This document shows, piece by piece, positions 55,073-64,000 of a DNA stretch of 64,000 bases (its first letter is position 1; each line of letters starts with the position of its first letter). The stretch covers positions 186,001 through 250,000 of the IMG/VR virus record IMGVR_UViG_3300042453_005404; one strand, written 5' to 3'. The position numbers and the translations under genes are program-made. The notes beneath the pieces were generated by a model, which was not told where the DNA came from, made no database searches, and was given only the letters and a program-made list of their open reading frames with translations.

Positions 55073-56551
55073 ATGGCTATTAAACGTAAAACTCATTTGA
55101 ATCTAAGTGGTTCCCACCATACCTTAGATTCAGACAATGCTTTTGTTGGTGGAACGTTATACATCACAGGAACTCTTTCTGCTTCTGCTGGTATCACCGG
55201 TTCTATTCATTACGTTGATGCAGTTGGATCAGTTCCATTTCTTGTTAATGGAACAAACATTACCACAAACTACAACTCATTAGGTCAATGGGAAATCACC
55301 GGGTCGGGTGGTGGTGGATCTGTTACAGGATCAAACACACAAGTTCAATTTAACGATGATGGTGCATTTGGTGCAAGCTCGCTTCTAACTTTTAACACAG
55401 CAAGCGTTGGAAATGTTGGAGTTGGAACTCTAACTTATCTCACTGGTGCTGTAGGTTATCTTTCTGGTTCAAACATCGACAACCAAGCCTACACACTTGT
55501 AATGTCTGGTGTGGCCGACGTAGAGCTCGCCACTCCGGGTTTCTTTGATCCCGCTCTCGTTGTTAAAACTCCTGTTTTGATGACTCAAAGCTTGATGCTT
55601 TTTGATGGAATACACGATCCGTTTAATTTAGGAGTAGATACGAGCCTTCCCGGTGGTGGAATCGCACTTGCGAATGGCTCTAGATTTACACTTCATTCTG
55701 GCTCATGGACACCTTTGCCATCTGACTCTGGAGGTAAAGATCCAGTTGTAACTGTTGAAGTTGACACAAACGGTTCTGGTTCAGTACAAGTCGTGGGGTC
55801 ACTACTAGTACAAAGCGCAAGCTTAGACCAATATAATGTTTTCAGCGTAGTACCCTCGACCACTGCTAACCAACTACGCATGACACATGTCGGAGAAGCA
55901 AGCTTTATTTCCGGCGCAGTCAACTTGTCGCACAATGCTTCGATCCTATTTAGATCAGGCAGCAGCAATGACCACGGATTCGAAGTTAGCCCTTCTAATG
56001 CATCTGGTGGTGCTAGATTAAGAGTTAACAGCGGTAGTATTGAGTTTAACTCAAGTAGCCAAGATGCACAAGTTGGAAATACTTCGTTCCTTATTCGAGC
56101 TTCTACAGATGCACATAAAGCAGATGTTATCTTCGATAAAGGTTTAGACGATGTTTCATTTGTAGGTATCAACGTTCGTCCGCTATATGTCACAATGTCT
56201 ACAACAACTGCAACAGGAACTGAACTAAGCGGCAGTTTGTTGGCAAGTTTACTTAAAGAAGGATCTGTTGGTAAACTTGATTTCAACGTTGTTGCAGCAG
56301 CATCAGCAACAGACGATTATGCAAGCTGGACATTCTCAACCACCGTAAGAAGAAATCAAGCTGGCACAACTTTGGTTCTTGCCGCAACAGAACTAGATTC
56401 GATTACTGAAGGTACAAATGCTTCAGCTTGGGACGTTAACGTTAACAGCGATGGCACTATTCAATGCACTGGTTCTGCCGGAACAGTTAACTGGTATGCT
56501 CAAGTAACCAAGAAAATGATTCTTTCTGGATCTGGCATGATTGTTTACTAG
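55073..56551 (+). CDS. fibre-like virion protein, paralogue module of 53306
   Basis: NYNSLGQWEITGSGGG; C-terminal WDVNVNSDG...YAQVTKKMI domain. Confidence 0.65.
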   Translation: MAIKRKTHLNLSGSHHTLDSDNAFVGGTLYITGTLSASAGITGSIHYVDAVGSVPFLVNGTNITTNYNSLGQWEITGSGGGGSVTGSNTQVQFNDDGAFGASSLLTFNTASVGNVGVGTLTYLTGAVGYLSGSNIDNQAYTLVMSGVADVELATPGFFDPALVVKTPVLMTQSLMLFDGIHDPFNLGVDTSLPGGGIALANGSRFTLHSGSWTPLPSDSGGKDPVVTVEVDTNGSGSVQVVGSLLVQSASLDQYNVFSVVPSTTANQLRMTHVGEASFISGAVNLSHNASILFRSGSSNDHGFEVSPSNASGGARLRVNSGSIEFNSSSQDAQVGNTSFLIRASTDAHKADVIFDKGLDDVSFVGINVRPLYVTMSTTTATGTELSGSLLASLLKEGSVGKLDFNVVAAASATDDYASWTFSTTVRRNQAGTTLVLAATELDSITEGTNASAWDVNVNSDGTIQCTGSAGTVNWYAQVTKKMILSGSGMIVY

Positions 56552-56560
56552 AACCATTTT

Positions 56561-56604
56561 ATTAGCCCCTCTGTTATACTTAAGGTAGAAACAGAGGGGC
56601 TAAT
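56561..56604 (+). promoter_or_regulatory. 15-bp perfect hairpin covering the RBS and start of 56603, with the late motif in the loop
   Basis: ATTAGCCCCTCTGTT-atacttaaggtaga-AACAGAGGGGCTAAT(G). Confidence 0.8.
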
Positions 56605-58672
56605 GGCAACAGAACGTAAACCTTTATATATCACCATTCCAAGCGTACATCAGTTTGAGCTTCCAACAACAGCAAGTGCTGGTGGTGTAGATCTTAATAC
56701 AGGCAGAAACCTTTACTACAACACCAGTTCACTTGCATGGGTTCCTCAAGAAACTTTTTCTGGTAGTAGCGCAACTCTTGGAGATATTACAGGCTCTAAT
56801 CTTCGTCTAACTGGTAATCCCGGCACTATAGTAAACGAAGTTGGACCACTCACAATTAGTAGCTCTGTGGGCATCACAACAACTGGTTCTATCATCTTTT
56901 CTGGTTCACGTTCAGACAGTGGAACAGAACAAAGCTCTGTTCTTGTTGATGGTGATATATTTGTTTCTGGTGGCATCGGAACAAACGATTATATCCAGCT
57001 AAAGCCCGTTAGCCTTCTTCGTATTCCTACAAATACAACATCTTCTTACATTTATACGTCTGGAAGTACGAACGACCTTTATTTTACTCAATACAGTGGT
57101 TCGTTTACCAACACAACACGTTTGCGTTGGTTGGAAGGAGCTTTGACAACAGGTCTTTTAAATGGTGGACTTCTTACAACAACAAATGGAACAACAACAT
57201 TCAATATAAGTGCTGGAGATGGTATCGTAGTACAGTTTAATGCTTCTACTACGTCTGATCCATATCCAACCGTAAGAAAAGTTGCATGGCCGTTATCTAG
57301 CAGCATACCATTGTATTACAGCGGTTCAGCACAAATCACATATGTTGGAATTGATATCAATGGTCAAGTAGTTCAGCGCACATCACCTTTTGCTGGAACA
57401 GATTATCAAGATTATATTTCTATTGGCAGGGTTTTGCATCAAGCAAATGCAGTTACTAATGGTACGATTACTTCTCCAGTTGTAGCTTATGGTCAAAATA
57501 CGTGGACAGGAGATTTCCAACGTGCATTTGGTCCTTTAAAGATTTCGGGTCATACACTTGCTGCTTCTGGTTCTGGAACAACGCTAGCCATAACAAAGAG
57601 TGCAGGTGACTCTTTTGTAGAGGGGAAAAACTATGATAGCGATCCAGACAGCCCAAACCTTGTTCTTGGTTCTATTGAAGGTGCTCAGTTAACTTCTAAG
57701 ATATTTCGTATATACAGCAATACTTCTGGCACTCCAACAATCTTAACCAACGGTGGTTCTGGTTTTACAGATATTGATCCCGGTAATTATAATCCCGGTA
57801 ACTTAGGGGTAACAAGTTCTGTTGGTTCTGGTAAATTTACGATTCAAAGAGTTTATTGGTTTCCAAATTCTGTAACCAAAGCTTTTTTTGTTTATTATGG
57901 AACAACAGAATATGCAACTATAGACGTAGCGCAGTCTAGCATTCCAACAGATTTCTTTGTTGAAGGCCAAAATACTGCTGGTGCAGCTATTCTTGTTGCA
58001 TATTTGATTGTTGCTTATAACGCAACAAACTTAAACAACACTGCACAAGCTCGTATTGTTCAAGCTGGATTATTTCGAAACAATGGTATCGGCGGCGGGG
58101 GTGGAGGAGCAACAACTCCCGGTGGTAATGACACATATGTTCAGTTCAACAATAGCGGAACATTTGGTGGTGATGCAGACTTTACTTTTAGCACGGCCAC
58201 AAATACTCTTGCTGTAAGCAACATACAAGTTTCTGGGATTGTTGGGGCGAGCGGAAGTATGACGTTAGGGGATGCGCCATCTGATTTGATTGCTGTTTCT
58301 GGTAACTTAGTATTTGGTGAATATGGAGAACGTATAACCTTGGCTACTGGGATTGTTGGGGGAACAACCAACTTTGATTTTTCTGGGGCAACAATATTCT
58401 ATGTTTCGGGAGCAACAAGTGATGGAACTTGGAACATCACGAACGTTCCAACTACAGATAAGATTGCTAGCAAAATCAAATTTGTGATCGATCAAGCCAG
58501 CACACCTTATAGTGCTTCTGCATATCAAATCAACAGTTCTCCTGTTGCGGTAAAATGGCTAAATACAACAATTCCAACAGGCACAGCAAACCATACTGAT
58601 GTTATTCAGCTAGATGCATATCGTAGTGGTTCCGGTTGGAATATATTAGGTTCTTTAACAACTTTTAGTTAA
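56603..58672 (+). CDS. fibre/baseplate-like virion protein
   Basis: Gly/Ser/Thr-rich; GNDTYVQFNNSGTFGG motif also in 55073 (GSNTQVQFNDDGAFG); C-terminal VKWLNTTIPTGTANHTDVI. Confidence 0.65.
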   Translation: MATERKPLYITIPSVHQFELPTTASAGGVDLNTGRNLYYNTSSLAWVPQETFSGSSATLGDITGSNLRLTGNPGTIVNEVGPLTISSSVGITTTGSIIFSGSRSDSGTEQSSVLVDGDIFVSGGIGTNDYIQLKPVSLLRIPTNTTSSYIYTSGSTNDLYFTQYSGSFTNTTRLRWLEGALTTGLLNGGLLTTTNGTTTFNISAGDGIVVQFNASTTSDPYPTVRKVAWPLSSSIPLYYSGSAQITYVGIDINGQVVQRTSPFAGTDYQDYISIGRVLHQANAVTNGTITSPVVAYGQNTWTGDFQRAFGPLKISGHTLAASGSGTTLAITKSAGDSFVEGKNYDSDPDSPNLVLGSIEGAQLTSKIFRIYSNTSGTPTILTNGGSGFTDIDPGNYNPGNLGVTSSVGSGKFTIQRVYWFPNSVTKAFFVYYGTTEYATIDVAQSSIPTDFFVEGQNTAGAAILVAYLIVAYNATNLNNTAQARIVQAGLFRNNGIGGGGGGATTPGGNDTYVQFNNSGTFGGDADFTFSTATNTLAVSNIQVSGIVGASGSMTLGDAPSDLIAVSGNLVFGEYGERITLATGIVGGTTNFDFSGATIFYVSGATSDGTWNITNVPTTDKIASKIKFVIDQASTPYSASAYQINSSPVAVKWLNTTIPTGTANHTDVIQLDAYRSGSGWNILGSLTTFS

Positions 58673-58696
58673 CTATATATCTTGTAAAGGTAACAC

Positions 58697-60142
58697 ATGG
58701 CAAACTCTATTGATTTTCGTGCAGATCAAGTTCAAACAAGCAAAATCATTGTCACTGGTAGCACACCACAAAAAACGCTTTTGATTTACGGTATCGATGC
58801 TCAATATACACCATTAAATCAAGGCAACATCGATCCAGCTAAGTTTGACACAACAGTTGTTGGCACAGATGTATTTTTGTTTGTTTCTGGTGGTATTGGT
58901 GCCCGAGGAGGAACAGATCCTTGGATAACTGCTATTGGTGGTGACCTTCATATATCTGGCAACTTGACAGTTGACGGAACTAGTCCCGGTGGATCAGGTG
59001 GCAACAACTTCTTTTTTTCAAACACTTTGGATGTTATAGAAACTTCTGGGTCAATTAAGCTTTCTGGTTCTTTGCCTTTGCAAACGACATATTTGTCGGC
59101 TTCTGTTGGAGTTGAAATAACAGGATCATTTGTGCAAGGTACAGCTACAACAGCTTCTGGTGATTATTCTCACGCACAAGGAAACGGCACTACTGCTTCT
59201 GGCACTAACGCTCATGCAGAAGGAGATGGTTCTACTGCATCTGGCCCTAATTCTCACGCCGAAGGCTATCAAACAACTGCTTCTGCTGATCAAACTCACG
59301 CCGAGGGTTATCAAACAACTGCTTCTTCTCCAAATTCTCATGCAGAAGGAGCTGGCACTACTGCTTCTGGTAAAAAAGCACACGCAGAAGGCGAAGGATC
59401 AGTAGCTTCTGGTGATGTAAGCCATGCAGAAGGATATTACTCAACTGCGTCTGGTTATTCTTCTCATGCTGAAGGTTCTGGATCTATAGCTGCTGGGGAT
59501 TATTCTCATGCAAAAGGATATGGTTCTGAAGCATTTGGAACCGGTTCGCTTGCTGTTGGTTTATATACTGTAGCTTCTGGTGCTGTTGATGGGGCATCTC
59601 CACCAACAACAACGCAAGCTGCTTTTGGGAAATATAACTTAAGAGATAATGTTGATTCTTTGTTTGTTGTTGGTGACGGTTTAGATGATTTAAATCGTCA
59701 CGATGTATTGCGAGTTAACTCTGGATCAGTTCAAATAACTGGTAGCTTGTTTGTTAACGGAACACAAATAACCAGTTCGATCCAAAAAATCAATATCGCT
59801 GGATATAACAGAACAAACTATACATCTCCAACCGTAATCGGTCTGGCTTACTTTGATCCAAGCGAATACACAACGTTTCCCAACATAGCTTTCACAGCAG
59901 TTGGTATGAACATGGCTGGTGTTTCTGGTGGGTTAGATCTATACAATCAAAACACTTCAACCCTTGTTGCACAACTAACATGGAGCGGAAATGGCAGTAT
60001 AACCACAGGAAGCTTTCAAACAATAACGTTTTCAAAACCAGCTTCTGCAACAAGCTATGAGCTTCATTTCAGTCAAAGTGGTGGAGCAAATGGTGGTACT
60101 GATTATTCCACAGTTGGTTTCGTTAATTTTGTTTTGTCTTGA
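58697..60142 (+). CDS. fibre/adhesin-like virion protein with YadA-head-type repeats
   Basis: About 10 xSHAEGxxTxASG repeats (59162-59581); N-terminus DFRADQV paralogous to 53306. Confidence 0.7.
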   Translation: MANSIDFRADQVQTSKIIVTGSTPQKTLLIYGIDAQYTPLNQGNIDPAKFDTTVVGTDVFLFVSGGIGARGGTDPWITAIGGDLHISGNLTVDGTSPGGSGGNNFFFSNTLDVIETSGSIKLSGSLPLQTTYLSASVGVEITGSFVQGTATTASGDYSHAQGNGTTASGTNAHAEGDGSTASGPNSHAEGYQTTASADQTHAEGYQTTASSPNSHAEGAGTTASGKKAHAEGEGSVASGDVSHAEGYYSTASGYSSHAEGSGSIAAGDYSHAKGYGSEAFGTGSLAVGLYTVASGAVDGASPPTTTQAAFGKYNLRDNVDSLFVVGDGLDDLNRHDVLRVNSGSVQITGSLFVNGTQITSSIQKINIAGYNRTNYTSPTVIGLAYFDPSEYTTFPNIAFTAVGMNMAGVSGGLDLYNQNTSTLVAQLTWSGNGSITTGSFQTITFSKPASATSYELHFSQSGGANGGTDYSTVGFVNFVLS

Positions 60143-60179
60143 TCGAACTAGTTAAATACAACCGGTAAAAGGTAACAAA

Positions 60180-61166
60180 ATGGCATACACAGTAGACGCA
60201 TATGCATATCAAATAGTTAGCGGCAGCGAAGCAATGTTTAATCTTAAACAAGCTTTGTCTACTAGCGGTTGGAAAATCTCTGGTTCATCAGATGCAACAA
60301 GTTATGATGCTGATGGAGACATACTAACAAATGGAGCAATGCTTGAAGCAACAGATGCTTGGTTCACAGTAGTTGCGCCCGACGATACCCGACAATGGTC
60401 ATTCCAAAGAGGTTCAGCAAACACAACTTGGACAATCAAACGTAGCAAAGCAGGAATGTCTGGAGCGGTAAATGCTACAACACCTCCTGCTGATGGTAAT
60501 GCTGCAACCTTGGTTAACAACGAAGTTTTTTTCACAACTAACATTGGCAACTGGCTTGTGTCAGTTGTTTCAAGTTCTGTTAACGTTAGTTCTTCATTCT
60601 ATGCTTTCAATGTTCCTCTTGGTGGAGGAAACGTTTACTCGATAATCTATGATGAACCAATGCTTTCTGGTAGCTATAACCCACTAGATCAAGATCCACA
60701 TATTTCATATGCAAACTATTATAGCACAGGATATGCAATTGGTGGAGGAAAGAACTTCGATAGCCAATCAAGCTTGGCATCTTTAGGTGAAGATGGTCGC
60801 CACGTTAAGCGTGTTAGACACAATATGTCTTCTCCAGTAAATCAACCTAGTTTTGCAAACTTTCACAGCGAGCCAATATCAGCCTTCAGTAGTGTGACAT
60901 GGGCTCCCCCCTCAGACAACGGAAACAATACTTTAAATTTAAGTCCATATGATAGCAAGGAAGCAACAATATTGGTACCTTATGGCCGAAGCGCCTATGG
61001 TCCACCTACATATTCCGGCTTTTGGGGATATGGAACACACGTTCGTTACGGTACAACGTTGAAATCTACCCGATCAAATGGTCAAACCATGGATGCAACT
61101 TCTAGATATTACATTTTTGCTGCTGGTTGGTGGTTTCCTTGGGATTCATCAACTCCAGCCATATGA
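60180..61166 (+). CDS. probable structural protein
   Basis: ORF track; CTAGTTAA at 60148; AAAGG RBS. Confidence 0.65.
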   Translation: MAYTVDAYAYQIVSGSEAMFNLKQALSTSGWKISGSSDATSYDADGDILTNGAMLEATDAWFTVVAPDDTRQWSFQRGSANTTWTIKRSKAGMSGAVNATTPPADGNAATLVNNEVFFTTNIGNWLVSVVSSSVNVSSSFYAFNVPLGGGNVYSIIYDEPMLSGSYNPLDQDPHISYANYYSTGYAIGGGKNFDSQSSLASLGEDGRHVKRVRHNMSSPVNQPSFANFHSEPISAFSSVTWAPPSDNGNNTLNLSPYDSKEATILVPYGRSAYGPPTYSGFWGYGTHVRYGTTLKSTRSNGQTMDATSRYYIFAAGWWFPWDSSTPAI

Positions 61167-61174
61167 GATGAAAC

Positions 61175-61399
61175 ATGGCTATAGCTTCTGGATCAGTAAT
61201 AATACCTGTATTTGATTTAGCTGTAGGATCTTCTAAAAGAAACTCCTCTGGCAGAACATTTACATTCGAACAAGCAGCGGGTGGAGCTGCTGTTACAACT
61301 TATTTCTATAGAGTTCTTGCAACAGGCGTAAGAGGTACCACAACTAGCTTAGGTAGTGTTCCTGCCGGTGCTGTAATCGAAGGTACGTCCACAACTTAA
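61175..61399 (+). CDS. small probable structural protein
   Basis: ORF track. Confidence 0.6.
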   Translation: MAIASGSVIIPVFDLAVGSSKRNSSGRTFTFEQAAGGAAVTTYFYRVLATGVRGTTTSLGSVPAGAVIEGTSTT

Positions 61400-61410
61400 T
61401 CCAAAGTATT

Positions 61411-62631
61411 TTGTTGATGAATATCGTGGACTATACTAACTCCATGCATCAGCAAAACTTGCAAACCATCTCAGATATCATTCTAAAAAATGAGTTGTAT
61501 ATTCTTCCTCTTTATTCAATCAGAGAAGGAATGTGTTCTTGTGGCAAAGCAGATTGTTCTGCTCCCGGCAAGCATCCTTTGTTCCGTTACAACTGGAAAG
61601 TTATTGCTTCAAACAAAGCAGAAAAAGTATTGGATTGGTTTGAGTCATACAACAAAATGAACTTTGGCCTTGCTACAGGAAGACTGTCAAAAGCAACCAA
61701 CAAATATCTTGTTGTTATTGATGTTGATGCAGCAGAACATCCTTTTATCAAAACACTTCCAAATACCTTTTCTTATCGTACAGGAAGTGGTGGTTGGCAT
61801 TTCTGGTTTTGGAGTAAATACCCTATCAAAAACTCTGTATCTCTTCTTGCAGATAAAGTAGATGTAAGAGGAACAGATGGCTATGTGGTTATCCCTCCCA
61901 GCAAACACAAAAAGGGAACTTATAACACCATTAACAACGTAAATATCGCAGATCTACCGCAACCTATTGTTTCTCTCCTACTTGCTAAACCTCAACCAAA
62001 GGTTGCAACAAAGAAGACGAAAACAAAATCAGCCACGCTAACTATCCAGTATAATCTTTGGGTTACACAGTCTGTTCCAACCATTAGAAACATGATGCAA
62101 ACAACTCTTGTTCCAGAAGGTGTAAGAAACGTTGTAATGCATCGCTTGCTATCTTCTGATCGTGCCAAAGGTTGTCTTAAACCTGATTTAGAAATCAACG
62201 CTAGAACCTATCTTAAACGATTTGAAAAACCACAAACGTTTAGAAACGAACTAACTGCTATCATTAACTCGGTAATGACTTATCCAGCTTACAACAACAA
62301 TCATGACAAAATCAATGAGCAATATGTTGCTTGGCTAAAGAAAAACTGTAAAGGTAAAATCCCACCAAAGGATTTGCTCAACACACTAACCAACCTCGAC
62401 AACGAGTTCTTTGGCTTATTAACGGCTTTACCAAGATCAACCAAGGGTTGCTCGCTGGAACAAATCCTTGACGCTAGAAAGGCGTATATGAGCTCTAAAG
62501 GGCATACAGATTTTGTGTCGAACTACAAACCTCAGTTGCTTGCCAAGAAACTTATAAGTCTTGGCTTCACTCGCACACGAACAGCAAAACGTAACATTTG
62601 GAACGTGTTTTTACCGCAGAAAACAAGCTAA
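61411..62631 (+). CDS. bifunctional primase-polymerase (prim-pol) domain protein
   Basis: CSCGKADCSAPGKHP, NFGLATG, LVVIDVD, RTGSGGWHFWF, VDVRGTDGYVVIPPSKH. Confidence 0.85.
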   Translation: MLMNIVDYTNSMHQQNLQTISDIILKNELYILPLYSIREGMCSCGKADCSAPGKHPLFRYNWKVIASNKAEKVLDWFESYNKMNFGLATGRLSKATNKYLVVIDVDAAEHPFIKTLPNTFSYRTGSGGWHFWFWSKYPIKNSVSLLADKVDVRGTDGYVVIPPSKHKKGTYNTINNVNIADLPQPIVSLLLAKPQPKVATKKTKTKSATLTIQYNLWVTQSVPTIRNMMQTTLVPEGVRNVVMHRLLSSDRAKGCLKPDLEINARTYLKRFEKPQTFRNELTAIINSVMTYPAYNNNHDKINEQYVAWLKKNCKGKIPPKDLLNTLTNLDNEFFGLLTALPRSTKGCSLEQILDARKAYMSSKGHTDFVSNYKPQLLAKKLISLGFTRTRTAKRNIWNVFLPQKTS

Positions 62632-62650
62632 AAATAAAAAAGAAAATACC

Positions 62651-62679
62651 TTTAGATATTAGTGGGCGTATGCTATTCT
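62651..62679 (+). promoter_or_regulatory. sigma70-type early promoter, probably leaderless
   Basis: TTTAGA-N14-TGC-TATTCT, ATG 6 nt later at 62686; A-rich upstream tract. Confidence 0.75.
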
Positions 62680-62685
62680 AATAGC

Positions 62686-63798
62686 ATGAAGACGAAGAAC
62701 ACCAAGTCCACTCCGGTCAACTCCAACAAGCTCACGAAGCTTATCGCTTCTCTGGGCGGGATTACCCGTTCGTGCAACGATGTGCGTCATTGCAGCCGTT
62801 GCAATCTTCCTCTCACCGATCCTGCTTCGTGGGAGCGGGGTATTGGCCCGGTTTGCGCAAAGAAGGATACTCATCTTTTCGCAAAGACCATTCCTGCGAA
62901 CTTCTCGCTTGCAACCATTCACGCTATGGGCGTCAAGCGTGATATGCTTCCTGCCAGCCTTCAACCTGTTTGGACGGCTCTTTATGATTTCCTCTTTGAG
63001 AAGAGTGAAGCGGCTATGAATGCCAATGCCAACGCTGGTACGTTCACCTTTCATTTCTCTGGAGAGGATTGCAGGCAGATTGCCAAGGTGATCGACTTCA
63101 TGTTGTCGTTTTCGATGGATCGTGACAACAAGAATCATCTGATTCAGATTGTTAAGAACCTTGGTTTCATCGGTCTGGCCGGTGTGCTTGCTGGTCAGAG
63201 CTCTACTGGTGAAGCCGAGCTCAAGTTTGTTGATGGCAAGCTGTTTCTCACGGGTTCTAGCAATCGTGCGGGTTTCGATGTGATGCGCAAGATTCCCGGT
63301 ATCGTGATTCCTCGCAAGCGTGGTGGTGGAGCATATGAGGCTCCTGCTGCGCAGTATGAGAAGTTTATCGCTGCCACGATGGAGTTTTGGCCTTGCTTTG
63401 ATGGCAAGGTTGACGAGATTGTTGAGCAGTGCAAGACTTGGATTGCTGCCAATCCTGTTGCGGTCGCTGCCCAGAAGAAGCTTACGGGTAAGCCTGTTGC
63501 CAACATCGTGAATCGTACTACTGATTTTACGATTGGTTTTGCTTGGGATAAGACGGTTACTCGTCGGCTTGTTGACGAGATTAAGAGCATTCCTGCCAAG
63601 GAGCGTTCTTACGATGCCGTTAGCAAGCTGTGGGCAATCAGCAACATTCACAAGGATAAGATTGTGAAGCTTTTTGGCGAACATTACGATATCGTTGAGG
63701 CTGTTGGTGGGCAGACTCCTGCTCCTGCCAAGAGCAGCACGTATAAGCCCCGCTATGGTGGACGGGGTTATGGTTTCAACTACTACTACAATCGGTGA
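62686..63798 (+). CDS. early protein with a DUF6011-like Zn finger
   Basis: CSRCNLPLTDPASWERGIGPVC; start adjusted to the ATG after the promoter. Confidence 0.75.
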   Translation: MKTKNTKSTPVNSNKLTKLIASLGGITRSCNDVRHCSRCNLPLTDPASWERGIGPVCAKKDTHLFAKTIPANFSLATIHAMGVKRDMLPASLQPVWTALYDFLFEKSEAAMNANANAGTFTFHFSGEDCRQIAKVIDFMLSFSMDRDNKNHLIQIVKNLGFIGLAGVLAGQSSTGEAELKFVDGKLFLTGSSNRAGFDVMRKIPGIVIPRKRGGGAYEAPAAQYEKFIAATMEFWPCFDGKVDEIVEQCKTWIAANPVAVAAQKKLTGKPVANIVNRTTDFTIGFAWDKTVTRRLVDEIKSIPAKERSYDAVSKLWAISNIHKDKIVKLFGEHYDIVEAVGGQTPAPAKSSTYKPRYGGRGYGFNYYYNR

Positions 63799-63810
63799 AA
63801 GGTAATATAT

Positions 63811-63903
63811 ATGTTGCAAGATATAGCAATCGTTGGAATGATTCCGTTTGGGATTGTGTTGGGTGTTCTAATGCATTTTTTTGATAAGGGGATTCAAGAA
63901 TGA
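63811..63903 (+). CDS. 30-aa membrane peptide (MLQDIAIVGMIPFGIVLGVLMHFFDKGIQE)
   Basis: Manual translation; AAAGGT RBS; ATGA overlap with the next ORF. Confidence 0.5.
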   Translation: MLQDIAIVGMIPFGIVLGVLMHFFDKGIQE

Positions 63904-64000
63904 ATGAACTACAAACCGTATTGAACAACTTAGAAAATCGGGCTCGTTATGCAGTGTTGACTAGCAGTATATTTGGTGCTGTTGTTTTTTTTCTTAGCTC
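63900..64000 (+). CDS. membrane protein, truncated by the window end (MNELQTVLNNLENRARYAVLTSSIFGAVVFFLA...)
   Basis: Manual translation; AAGGGG RBS. Confidence 0.5.
   Translation, partial: MNELQTVLNNLENRARYAVLTSSIFGAVVFFLS

Noticed and set aside
59162-59581. Regularly spaced repeats as a CRISPR array
   Set aside because: They are 42-nt in-frame coding repeats of a fibre protein, with degenerate units and no unique spacers or cas genes.
62659-63819. 386-aa antisense ORF as a real gene
   Set aside because: It has no RBS or promoter and no recognisable motif, while the plus strand has a clear promoter and a Zn-finger motif.

Overview
This window is part of a large, AT-rich, T4-like myovirus (jumbo-phage-like) genome using the standard genetic code. 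No tRNA, rRNA or CRISPR array was seen. The first ~25 kb is a head-neck-tail morphogenesis block: portal, prohead protease, scaffold, major capsid, neck/terminator-like proteins, two tandem ~1000-aa tail sheaths and the tail tube. The middle is accessory and includes an HDAC-family deacetylase, HNH nuclease, gmd, canonical purA, ART-like and SOD-like proteins, a lysis cluster containing an unannotated 55-aa Flp pilin, a YkuK-like RNase H, a degenerate GroEL, a histone-H1-like protein and a PIN-PhoH with a class-3 intein. It is followed by a mosaic family of fibre-like genes, a prim-pol and early genes. The most notable patterns not captured by the ORF list are: (i) one GIY-YIG homing-endonuclease family in three decay states, each just after the 3' end of a conserved gene, with a second, displaced copy of the host C-terminus downstream in at least one case; (ii) a TA(C/T/G)TTA late-promoter-like motif, three times placed in the loop of a hairpin that locks the ribosome-binding site; (iii) four conserved TTTAGA-N17-TA(T/C)(T/A)CT early promoters; and (iv) hydrophobic-x-E protease-cleavage-like tags on several enzymes, suggesting a head-packaged enzyme cargo. 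Family assignments come from motifs recognised by eye and have not been checked by database search.
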